In this document: positions 1-11,450 of the stretch, in pieces
How positions within the stretch are numbered: the stretch's first letter is position 1
Layout of the letters: each line of letters begins with the position of its first letter
DNA from: the human T2T-CHM13v2.0 reference genome, Homo sapiens
Assembly: GCF_009914755.1 (NCBI RefSeq)
Contig: NC_060948.1
Direction: 5' to 3' (one strand)
DNA: 64,000 nt
Position numbers and translations under genes: made by a program
Notes under the pieces: generated by a model
Databases searched by the model: none
What the model saw: the letters and a program-made list of their open reading frames with translations, nothing else
What the model was told of the DNA's origin: nothing

Positions 1-3000
1 ATTCATTGGAATGGAAGGGAATGTAGTGTAATGGACAGGCCTGGAATAAAGTGGAATGCTACGGTCTCAAATGGAATAAAAATGTATGGAATGGAATGCA
101 ATGAAACGGAATCGAATGTCATAGAATGTAATGGAATGCAAAAAAATGGAATCCAAAATCATTGACTGGAAAGGCTGGGTGTCGAAAGGAATTGACTCCA
201 ATGGAATGGAATCGAATGGAATGGAAGTGAATAGAATCGAACTAAATCGAATGGAATGGAACTGATAGGAACGGAATGGAAAGGAATGCAATGATTTGGC
301 ATGGAATGGAATCGAATGGCATCGAATGGAATGGAATGGAATGCAATGGAATGGAATGTATTAGAATGTAATGAACTTTAATGGAATGTACTCGAAAGGA
401 TTTGACTGGAATGGAATCTTCTGGAAGTGAATGGACTCCAATGGAATGGATTCGAAAGGAATGGAATCGTACGGAATGGAATCTAATGGAATGGAATTAA
501 ATGGAAATGAATCAAATTGAATAGCACGGAATTGAATTGAATGTAATGGAATGCAATGGAATCTAATGAAACGGAAAGGAAAGGAATGCAATGGAATGGA
601 ATGGGCTGGAATGGAAAGGAATCGAAACGAATGGAATGGAATCGAACTGAAGAGACTGGAATGGAATGCACTGGAATGGAAGGGAGTGTAATGGAAGGTT
701 CTCGAAAAAAATGGAATCGAATGGAATGGAATTGAGTGGAACGGAATAGAGTCGAATGCAGTTGAATGGAGTGGAATGGACTAGAGTGAAATGGAATCGA
801 ACCACAAGGAATGGACAGGAATAGAATGGTCTCGAATTGAATGGAATCGTATGGAATGGCATCAAACGGAATGGAATGGACAGCCACGGAATGGAATGCA
901 CTCGAATGCAATGGAGTCGACACTAATGGACTGGAATAGAATGGACTCGACTGGTACGGACTCCAATGGAATGGAATCGAATGGAAGGGAATCGAACGGA
1001 ATGGACTCGAAGGGAAAAGACTGCAATGGAACGGTCTCGAATGGAATGGAAATTAATGGAATGGAATAGAATCGAATGAAATGGAGTCAAAAGGAATGGA
1101 ATCGAATGGCAAGAAATCGAATGTAATGGAATCGCAAGGAATTGATGTGAACGGAACGGAATGGAATGGAATCCAAAGGAATGGAATAGAATGGAATGGA
1201 ATCGAATGGAAAGGACTCGAATGGAAATCACTCGAATAGAATGCAATTTAATAAAATAGGATCAAATGTAATGGAATGGAATGGAAAGGAATCGAAACGA
1301 AAGGAATGGAGACAGATGGAATGGAATGGAACAGATAGCAATGGTATACAATGGAATGGAATCATCTGGAATGGAATTGAATGGAATGGAATAATATGAA
1401 ATGGAATGGAATGGAATGGAATGGAATGCCCTTGAATTAAATGGACTGGACTCGAACAGAGTGGAATGGAAAGTGTTGAGATAGAATGGAATGGACTCCT
1501 TTGGAATGGTCTAGTATGCAATGCAATCGACTGGCAGGGAATCAAAAGGAATGTAATGGAATGGATTGGACTGGAATGCAATGGACTCGAATAGATTGGA
1601 AACGGAATGCAAAGGAATGGAATGGAATAGTATGGAATGGAATGGAAAGGAATGGAGTGGAATAGACTAGAGTGGAATGGAATGGACTGGAAAGCAATGG
1701 ACTGGAATGAAACTTTCTTGAATGGACTGGAATCAAACGGAATGGAATGCAATGCAATCAAATGGCATGGAATAAGATAGAATGAAAGAGAATCAAATGG
1801 AATTGAATCGAATGGAATCGAATGGATTGGAAAGGAAGAGAATGGAATGGAATGGAATTGACTCAAATGGAATGGACTAGAATGGAATGGATTCGAATGG
1901 AAGGCAAAGGAATGGAATCTATTGGAATGGACTGTAATGGAATGGAATGGAAGGGATTGGAATGGACTCAAATGGAATGGACTGCAATAGAAAGGATTCG
2001 AATGGAATGAAAAAGAATTGAATGGAATAGAACAGAATGGAATCAAATCGAATGAAATGGAATGGAATAGAAAGGAATGGAATGAAATGGAATGGAAAGG
2101 ATTCGAATGGAATGCAATCGAATGGAATGGAATCGAACGGAATGGAATAAAATGGAAGAAAACTGGCAAGAAATGGAATCGAAATGAATGGAGTGTTATG
2201 GAACGGACTCAAAAGGAATTGAATGTAATAGAATGGAGTGGAGTGGACTCGAATATAATGGACTGGAATGGAATGAAATCACATGGAATGGGAACGAATG
2301 GAATGGAATGGAAAGGAATGGAATCGAATGTAAAGGAATCGAACGGAAGGGAATGAAATTGAATCAACAGGAATGGAAGGGAATAGAATAGACTGTAATG
2401 GAATGGACACGAATAGAATGGACACGAATGCTCAAGTTGAATGGACTCGAATGGAATGGAAAGGAAAGGAAAGTCATCGAATGGAATTGAATCGATTGGA
2501 ATGAAATCGCATAGAATGGAGTGGAATCAAATGGAATTGAATCGAAAGGAAAGGAAGCGAATGGACTGAAATGAAATGGAATGGAATTGAATGGAAAGTA
2601 ATGCAATGGAATAGAATGGAACGAAATTTCACGGAATGGAATCAAACTGAATGGAATCAAATCAATGGAATCTAATCAAATGGAATGGAAAGGAATTGAA
2701 TGGAGTATATTGGATTGGATGGGATTGGAATGAAATGTACTGGAAAGGACTCGAATTTCATGAAACGGAATGGAATGAATTGGAACGGAATGGACTCGAA
2801 TGGAATGGAATGACATGGAATGGCATCAAATGGAATGGCATCAAATGGAATGGAATCGAATACAATGGAATGCTATGGAATGGAATGGAATGCATTGGAA
2901 TGGAATGTCCTCTAATGGAATGGATTCGAGTGGAATGGAATCGAATATAATGGAGTCGAATGAAATGGAATTGAAAGGAATGGGATCGAATAGAATGGAA

Positions 3001-3559
3001 TATACTGGAATGTAATGTAATGAACTCGAATGTAATTGACTGGAATGGAATGTACATGAATGGAATGTAATCGAATGGAAAGTAATCCAATGGAATAGAA
3101 TCTAATGCAATAAAATCGACTCAGATAGAGTAGAATGTAATGGAATGGAGTGCAGTGCAATGGAATGGAATGGAATGGAATGCAATGGAATGGAATGGAA
3201 TGGAATGGAATGGAATGGAATGGGATGGAATGGTATGGAATGGTATGGAATGGATAGTAATGGACTGGAGTGAAATGGACTGGAAAGGAATGGACTCAAA
3301 TTGAAAGGGCTCGAAAGGAATGGAGACAAATGAAATGGTCTGGAATGGAATGAACACGAATGTAATGCAATCCAATAGAATGGAGTCGAATGGCATGGAA
3401 TATAAAGAAATGGAATCGAAGAGAATGGAAACAAATGGAATGGAATTGAATGGAATGGAATTGAATGGAATGGGAACGAATGGAGTGAAATTGTATGCAG
3501 TAGAAGAGAATAGAATGGAATGCAAGCGAAAGGAAAGGAATGGATTGGAATGGAATGGA
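1..3559 (+). repeat. DYZ1 unit U1, 3559 bp (units delimited at the ATTC of the conserved GGAATTCATTGG)
   Basis: ATTCATTGG at 1 and 3560; AGGCCT at 37-42. Confidence 0.95.
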
Positions 3560-3614
3560 ATTCATTGGAATGGAAGGGAATGTAGTGTAATGGACAGGCC
3601 TGGAATAAAGTGGA
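3461..3614 (+). other. Y1.2/Y1.1 DYZ1 sexing-PCR amplicon (154 bp here; one per unit junction)
   Basis: TTGAATGGAATGGGAACGAATGG at 3461-3483 and GGACAGGCCTGGAATAAAGTGGA at 3592-3614 match the Y1.2 primer and the reverse complement of Y1.1 as I recall them. Confidence 0.85.
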
Positions 3615-3972
3615 ATGCTACGGTCTCGAATGGAATAAAAATGTATGGAATGGAATGCAATGAAACGGAATCGAATGTCATAGAATGTAATGGAATGCAA
3701 AAAAATGGAATCCAAAATCATTGACTGGAAAGGCTGGGTGTCGAAAGGAATTGACTCCAATGGAATGGAATCGAATGGAATGGAAGTGAATAGAATCGAA
3801 CTAAATCGAATGGAATGGAATTGATAGGAACGGAATGGAAAGGAATGCAATGATTTGGCATGGAATGGAATCGAATGGCATCGAATGGAATGGAATGGAA
3901 TGCAATGGAATGGAATGTATTAGAATGTAATGAACTTTAATGGAATGTACTCGAATGGATTCGACTGGAATG

Positions 3973-3985
3973 GAATGTTCTGGAA
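3973..3985. promoter_or_regulatory. Perfect-consensus heat shock element HSE-1 (GAAtgTTCtgGAA), present in every full unit
   Basis: Matches GAAnnTTCnnGAA. Motif match only; binding not shown. Confidence 0.55.
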
Positions 3986-4252
3986 GTGAATGGACTCCAA
4001 TGGAATGGATTCAAAAGGAATGGAATCGTACGGAATGGAATCTAATGGAATGGAATTAAATGGAAATGAATCAAATTGAATAGCACGGAATTGAATTGAA
4101 TGGAATGGAATGCAATGGAATCTAATGAAACGGAAAGGAAAGGAATGGAATGGAATGGAATGGGCTGGAATGGAAAGGAATCGAAACGAATGGAATAGAA
4201 TCGAACTGAAGAGACTGGAATGGAATGCACTGGAATGGAAGGGAGTGTAATG

Positions 4253-4265
4253 GAAGGTTCTCGAA
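4253..4265. promoter_or_regulatory. Perfect-consensus heat shock element HSE-2 (GAAggTTCtcGAA)
   Basis: Matches GAAnnTTCnnGAA; core broken only in U6 (G>T at 15678). Motif match only. Confidence 0.55.
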
Positions 4266-5278
4266 AAAAATGGAATCGAATGGAATGGAATTGAATGGAA
4301 CGGAATAGAGTCGAATGGAATTGAATGGAATGGAATGGACTAGAGTGAAATGGAATCGAACCACAAGGAATGGACAGGAATAGAATGGTCTCGAATTGAA
4401 TGGAATCGTATGGAATGGCATCAAACGGAATGGAATGGACAGCCACGGAATGGAATGCACTCGAATGCAATGGAGTCGAAACTAATGGACTGGAATAGAA
4501 TGGATTCGACTGGTACGGACTCCAATGGAATGGAATCGAATGGAAGGGAATCGAACGGAATGGACTCGAAGGGAAAAGACTGCAATGGAAAGGTCTCGAA
4601 TGGAATGGAAATTAATGGAATGGAATGGAATCGAATGAAATGGAGTCAAAAGGAATGGAATCGAATGGCAAGAAATCAAATGTAATGGAATCGCAAGGAA
4701 TTGATGTGAACGGAACGGAATGGAATGGAATCCAAAGGAATGGAATAGAATGGAATGGAATCGAATGGAAAGGACTCGAATGGAAATCACTCGAATAGAA
4801 TGCAATTTAATAAAATAGGATCAAATGTAATGGAATGGAATGGAAAGGAATCGAAACGGAAGGAATGGAGACCGATGGAATGGAATGGAACAGAGAGCAA
4901 TGGTATAGAATGGAATGGAATCATCTGGAATGGAATTGAATGGAATGGAATAATATGAAATGGAATGGAATGGAATGGAATGGAATGCCCTTGAATTAAA
5001 TGGACTGGAATGGAATGGACTCGAACAGAGTGGAATGGAAAGTGTTGAGATAGAATGGAATGGACTCCTTTGGAATGGTGTAGTATGCAATGTAATCGAC
5101 TGGCAGGGAATCAAAAGGAATGTAATGGAATGGATTGGACTGGAATGCAATGGACTCGAATAGATTGGAAACGGAATGCAAAGGAATGGAATGGAATAGT
5201 ATGGAATGGAATGGAAAGGAATGGAGTGGAATAGACTAGAGTGGAATGGAATGGACTGGAAAGCAATGGACTGGAATG

Positions 5279-5291
5279 GAACTTTCTTGAA
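5279..5291. promoter_or_regulatory. Perfect-consensus heat shock element HSE-3 (GAActTTCttGAA)
   Basis: Matches GAAnnTTCnnGAA; core broken only in U1 (G>A at 1710). Motif match only. Confidence 0.55.
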
Positions 5292-7128
5292 TGGACTGGA
5301 ATCAAACGGAATGGAATGCAATGCAATCAAATGGCATGGAATAAAATAGAATGAAAGAGAATCAAATGGAATTGAATCGAATGGAATCGAATGGATTGGA
5401 AAGGAATAGAATGGAATGGAATGGAATTGACTCAAATGGAATGGACTAGAATGGAATGGATTCGAATGGAAGGCAAAGGAATGGAATCTATTGGAATGGA
5501 CTGTAATGGAATGGAATGGAAGGGATTGGAATGGACTCGAATGGAATGGACTGCAATAGAAAGGATTCGAATGGAATGAAAAAGAATTGAATGGAATAGA
5601 ACAGAATGGAATCAAATCGAATGAAATGGAATGGAATAGAAAGGAATGGAATGAAATGGAATGGAAAGGATTCGAATGGAATGCAATCGAATGGAATGGA
5701 ATCGAACGGAATGGAATAAAATGGAAGAAAACTGGCAAGAAATGGAATCGAAATGAATGGAGTGTTATGGAACGGACTCAAAAGGAATTGAATGTAATAG
5801 AATGGAGTGGAGTGGACTCGAATATAATGGACTGGAATGGAATGAAATCACATGGAATGGGAACGAATGGAATGGAATGGAAAGGAATGGAATCGAATGG
5901 AAAGGAATCGAACGGAAGGGAATGAAATTGAATCAACAGGAATGGAAGGGAATAGAATAGACTGTAATGGAATGGACACGAATAGAATGGACACGAATGC
6001 TCAAGTTGAATGGACTCGAATGGAATGGAAAGGAAAGGAAAGTCATCGAATGGAATTGAATCGATTGGAATGAAATCGCATAGAATGGAGTGGAATCAAA
6101 TGGAATTGAATCGAAAGGAAAGGAAGCGAATGGACTGAAATGAAATGGAATGGAATTGAATGGAAAGTAATGCAATGGAATAGAATGGAACGAAATTTCA
6201 CGGAATGGAATCAAACTGAATGGAATCAAATCAATGGAATCTAATCAAATGGAATGGAAAGGAATTGAATGGAGTATATTGGATTGGATGGGATTGGAAT
6301 GAAATGTACTGGAAAGGACTCGAATTTCATGAAACGGAATGGAATGAATTGGAACGGAATGGACTCGAATGGAATGGAATGACATGGAATGGCATCAAAT
6401 GGAATGGCATCAAATGGAATGGAATCGAATACAATGGAATGCTATGGAATGGAATGGAATGCATTGGAATGGAATGTCCTCTAATGGAATGGATTCGAGT
6501 GGAATGGAATCGAATATAATGGAGTCGAATGAAATGGAATTGAAAGGAATGGGATCGAATAGAATGGAATATACTGGAATGTAATGTAATGAACTCGAAT
6601 GTAATTGACTGGAATGGAATGTACATGAATGGAATGTAATCGAATGGAAAGTAATCCAATGGAATAGAATCTAATGCAATAAAATCGACTCAGATAGAGT
6701 AGAATGTAATGGAATGGAGTGCAGTGCAATGGAATGGAATGGAATGGAATGCAATGGAATGGAATGGAATGGAATGGAATGGAATGGAATGGGATGGAAT
6801 GGGATGGAATGGTATGGAATGGATAGTAATGGACTGGAGTGAAATGGACTGGAAAGGAATGGACTCAAATTGAAAGGGCTCGAAAGGAATGGAGACAAAT
6901 GTAATGGTCTGGAATGGAATGAACACGAATGTAATGCAATCCAATAGAATGGAGTCGAATGGCATGGAATATAAAGAAATGGAATCGAAGAGAATGGAAA
7001 CAAATGGAATGGAATTGAATGGAATGGAATTGAATGGAATGGGAACGAATGGAGTGAAATTGTATGCAGTAGAAGAGAATAGAATGGAATGCAAGCGAAA
7101 GGAAAGGAATGGATTGGAATGGAATGGA

Positions 7129-7913
7129 ATTCATTGGAATGGAAGGGAATGTAGTGTAATGGACAGGCCTGGAATAAAGTGGAATGCTACGGTCTCGAAT
7201 GGAATAAAAATGTATGGAATGGAATGCAATGAAACGGAATCGAATGTCATAGAATGTAATGGAATGCAAAAAAATGGAATCCAAAATCATTGACTGGAAA
7301 GGCTGGGTGTCGAAAGGAATTGACTCCAATGGAATGGAATCGAATGGAATGGAATATACTGGAATGTAATGTAATGAACTCGAATGTAATTGACTGGAAT
7401 GGAATGTACATGAATGGAATGTAATCGAATGGAAAGTAATCCAATGGAATAGAATCTAATGCAATAAAATCGACTCAGATAGAGTAGAATGTAATGGAAT
7501 GGAGTGCAGTGCAATGGAATGGAATGGAATGGAATGCAATGGAATGGAAGGCAATGCAATGGAATGGAATGGAATGGAATGGAATGGGATGGAATGGTAT
7601 GGAATGGATAGTAATGGACTGGAGTGAAATGGACTGGAAAGGAATGGACTCAAATTGAAAGGGCTCGAAAGGAATGGAGACAAATGGAATGGTCTGGAAT
7701 GGAATGAACACGAATGTAATGCAATCCAATAGAATGGAGTCGAATGGCAGGGAATATAAAGAAATGGAATCGAAGAGAATGGAAACAAACGGAATGGAAT
7801 TGAATGGAATGGAATTGAATGGAATGGGAACGAATGGAGTGAAATTGTATGCAGTAGAAGAGAATAGAATGGAATGCAAGCGAAAGGAAAGGAATGGATT
7901 GGAATGGAATGGA
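7129..7913 (+). repeat. Truncated DYZ1 unit U3, 785 bp (internal ~2.78 kb deletion)
   Basis: Landmarks at 7129 and 7914 are only 785 bp apart. Sequence jumps from unit position ~225 (TCGAATGGAATGGAA) to ~3000 (TATACTGG) at ~7347-7355. Confidence 0.95.
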
Positions 7914-10900
7914 ATTCATTGGAATGGAAGGGAATGTAGTGTAATGGACAGGCCTGGAATAAAGTGGAATGCTACGGTCTCGAATGGAATAAAAATGTAT
8001 GGAATGGAATGCAATGAAACGGAATCGAATGTCATAGAATGTAATGGAATGCAAAAAAATGGACTCCAAAATCATTGACTGGAAAGGCTGGGTGTCGAAA
8101 GGAATTGACTCCAATGGAATGGAATCGAATGGAATGGAAGTGAATAGAATCAAACTAAATCGAATGGAATGGAATTGATAGGAACGGAATGGAAAGGAAT
8201 GCAATGATTTGGCATGGAATGGAATCGAATGGCATCGAATGGAATGGAATGGAATGCAATGGAATGGAATGTATTAGAATGTAATGAACTTTAATGGAAT
8301 GTACTCGAATGGATTCGACTGGAATGGAATGTTCTGGAAGTGAATGGACTCCAATGGAATGGATTCAAAAGGAATGGAATCGTACGGAATGGAATCTAAT
8401 GGAATGGAATTAAATGGAAATGAATCAAATTGAATAGCACGGAATTGAATTGAATGGAATCGAATGCAATGGAATCTAATGAAACGGAAAGGAAAGGAAT
8501 GGAATGGAATGGAATGGGCTGGAATGGAAAGGAATCGAAACGAATGGAATGGAATCGAACTGAAGAGACTGGAATGGAATGCACTGGAATGGAAGGGAGT
8601 GTAATGGAAGGTTCTCGAAAAAAATGGAACCGAATGGAATGGAATTGAATGGAACGGAATAGAGTCGAATGGAATTGAATGGAATGGAATGGACTAGAGT
8701 GAAATGGAATCGAACCACAAGGAATGGACAGGAATAGAATGGTCTCGAATTGAATGGAATCGTATGGAATGGTCAAACGGAATGGAATGGACAGTCACGG
8801 AATGGAATGCACTCGAATGCAATGGAGTCGAAACTAATGGACTGGAATAGAATGGATTCGACTGGTACGGACTCCAATGGAATGGAATCGAATGGAAGGG
8901 AATCGAACGGAATGGACTCGAAGGGAAAAGACTGCAATGGAAAGGTCTCGAATGGAATGGAAATTAATGGAATGGAATGGAATCGAATGAAATGGAGTCA
9001 AAAGGAATGGAATCGAATGGCAAGAAATCAAATGTAATGGAATCGCAAGGAATTGATGTGAACGGAACGGAATGGAATGGAATCCAAAGGAATGGAATAG
9101 AATGGAATGGAATCGAATGGAAAGGACTCGAATGGAAATCACTCGAATAGAATGCAATTTAATAAAATAGGATCAAATGTAATGGAATGGAATGGAAAGG
9201 AATCGAAACGAAAGGAATGGAGACCGATGGAATGGAATGGAACAGAGAGCAATGGTATAGAATGGAATGGAATCATCTGGAATGGAATTGAATGGAATGG
9301 AATAATATGAAATGGAATGGAATGGAATGGAATGGAATGCCCTTGAATTAAATGGACTGGAATGGAATGGACTCGAACAGAGTGGAATGGAAAGTGTTGA
9401 GATAGAATGGAATGGACTCCTTTGGAATGGTGTAGTATGCAATGTAATCGACTGGCAGGGAATCAAAAGGAATGTAATCGAATGGATTGGACTGGAATGC
9501 AATGGACTCGAATAGATTGGAAACGGAATGCAAAGGAATGGAATGGAATAGTATGGAATGGAATGGAAAGGAATGGAGTGGAATAGACTAGAGTGGAATG
9601 GAATGGACTGGAAAGCAATGGACTGGAATGGAACTTTCTTGAATGGACTGGAATCAAACGGAATGGAATGCAATGCAATCAAATGGCATGGAATAAAATA
9701 GAATGAAAGAGAATCAAATGGAATTGAATCGAATGGAATCGAATGGATTGGAAAGGAATAGAATGGAATGGAATGGAATTGACTCAAATGGAATGGACTA
9801 GAATGGAATGGATTCGAATGGAAGGCAAAGGAATGGAATCTATTGGAATGGAATGTAATGGAATGGAATGGAAGGGATTGGAATGGACTCGAATGGAATG
9901 GACTGCAATAGAAAGGATTCGAATGGAATGAAAAAGAATTGAATGGAATAGAACAGAATGGAATCAAATCGAATGAAATGGAATGGAATAGAAAGGAATG
10001 GAATGAAATGGAATGGAAAGGATTCGAATGGAATGCAATCGAATGGAATGGAATCGAACGGAATGGAATAAAATGGAAGAAAACTGGCAAGAAATGGAAT
10101 CGAAATGAATGGAGTGTTATGGAACGGACTCAAAAGGAATTGAATGTAATAGAATGGAGTGGAGTGGACTCGAATATAATGGACTGGAATGGAATGAAAT
10201 CACATGGAATGGGAACGAATGGAATGGAATGGAAAGGAATGGAATGGAATGGAAAGGAATCGAATGGAAGGGAATGAAAATGAATCAACAGGAATGGAAG
10301 GGAATAGAATAGACGGTAATGGAATGGACTCGAATAGAATGGACACGAATGCTCAAATTGAATGGACTCGAAAGGAATGGAAAGGAAAGGAATGTCATCG
10401 AATGGAATTGAATCGATTGGAATGAAATCGCATAGAATGGAGTGGAATCAAATGGAATTGAATCGAAAGGAAAGGAAGCGAATGGACTGAAATGAAATGG
10501 AATGGAATTGAATGGAAAGTAATGCAATGGAATAGAATGGAACGAAATTTCACGGAATGGAATCAAACTGAATGGAATCAAATCAATGGAATCTAATCAA
10601 ATGGAATGGAAAGGAATTGAATGGAGTAGATTGGATTGGATGGGATTGGAATGAAATGTACTGGAAAGGACTCGAATTTCATGAAACGGAATGGAATGAA
10701 TTGGAACGGAATGGACTCGAATGGAATGGAATGTCATCGAATGGCATCAAATGGAATGGCATCAAATGGAATGGAATCGAATGCAATGGAATGCTATGGA
10801 ATGGAATGGAATGCATTGGAATGGAATGTCCTCTAATGGAATGGATTCGAGTGGAATGGAATCGAATATAATGGAGTCGAATGAAATGGAATTGAAAAGA

Positions 10901-11450
10901 ATGGGATCGAATACAATGGAATATACTGGAATGTAATGTAATGAACTCGAATGTAATTGACTGGAATGGAATGTACATGAATGGAATGTAATCGAATAGA
11001 AAGTAATCCAATGGAATAGAATGTAAAGCAATAAAATCGACTCAGATAGAGTAGAATGTAATGGAATGGAGTGTAGTGCAATGGAATGGAATGGAATGGA
11101 ATGCAATGGAATGGAATGGAATGGGATGGAATGGTATGGAATGGATAGTAATGGACTGGAGTGAAATGGACTGGAAAGGAATGGACTCAAATTGAAAGGG
11201 CTCGAAAGGAATGGAGACAAATGGAATGGTCTGGAATGGAATGAACACGAATGTAATGCAATCCAATAGAATGGAGTCGAATGGCAGGGAATATAAAGAA
11301 ATGGAATCGAAGAGAATGGAAACAAATGGAATGGAATTGAATGGAATGGAATTGAATGGAATGGGAACGAATGGAGTGAAATTGTATGCAGTAGAAGAGA
11401 ATAGAATGGAATGCAAGCGAAAGGAAAGGAATGGATTGGAATGGAATGGA
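7914..11450 (+). repeat. DYZ1 unit U4, 3537 bp
   Basis: Landmarks 7914/11451; private 2-bp deletion at ~8772 (GGTCAAAC vs GGCATCAAAC). Confidence 0.95.

Larger units (their letters stand above)
3560..7128 (+). repeat. DYZ1 unit U2, 3569 bp
   Basis: Landmark at 3560 and 7129. Confidence 0.95.

Noticed and set aside
1-6. Window starts inside the EcoRI landmark
   Set aside because: It starts at ATTC rather than the AATTC cut end, and many uncut EcoRI sites follow. Most likely coincidence or windowing.
2668-2678. GAATCTAATCA resembling the DUX4 motif TAAYYYAATCA
   Set aside because: Mismatch in the first TAA half-site, and several units carry AATCAAATCA instead. No support for function.
6570-8140. 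Reading the 785-bp unit as a fresh tandem duplication
   Set aside because: The two copies differ at several sites, and the second carries alleles shared with downstream units, which favours deletion or unequal exchange.
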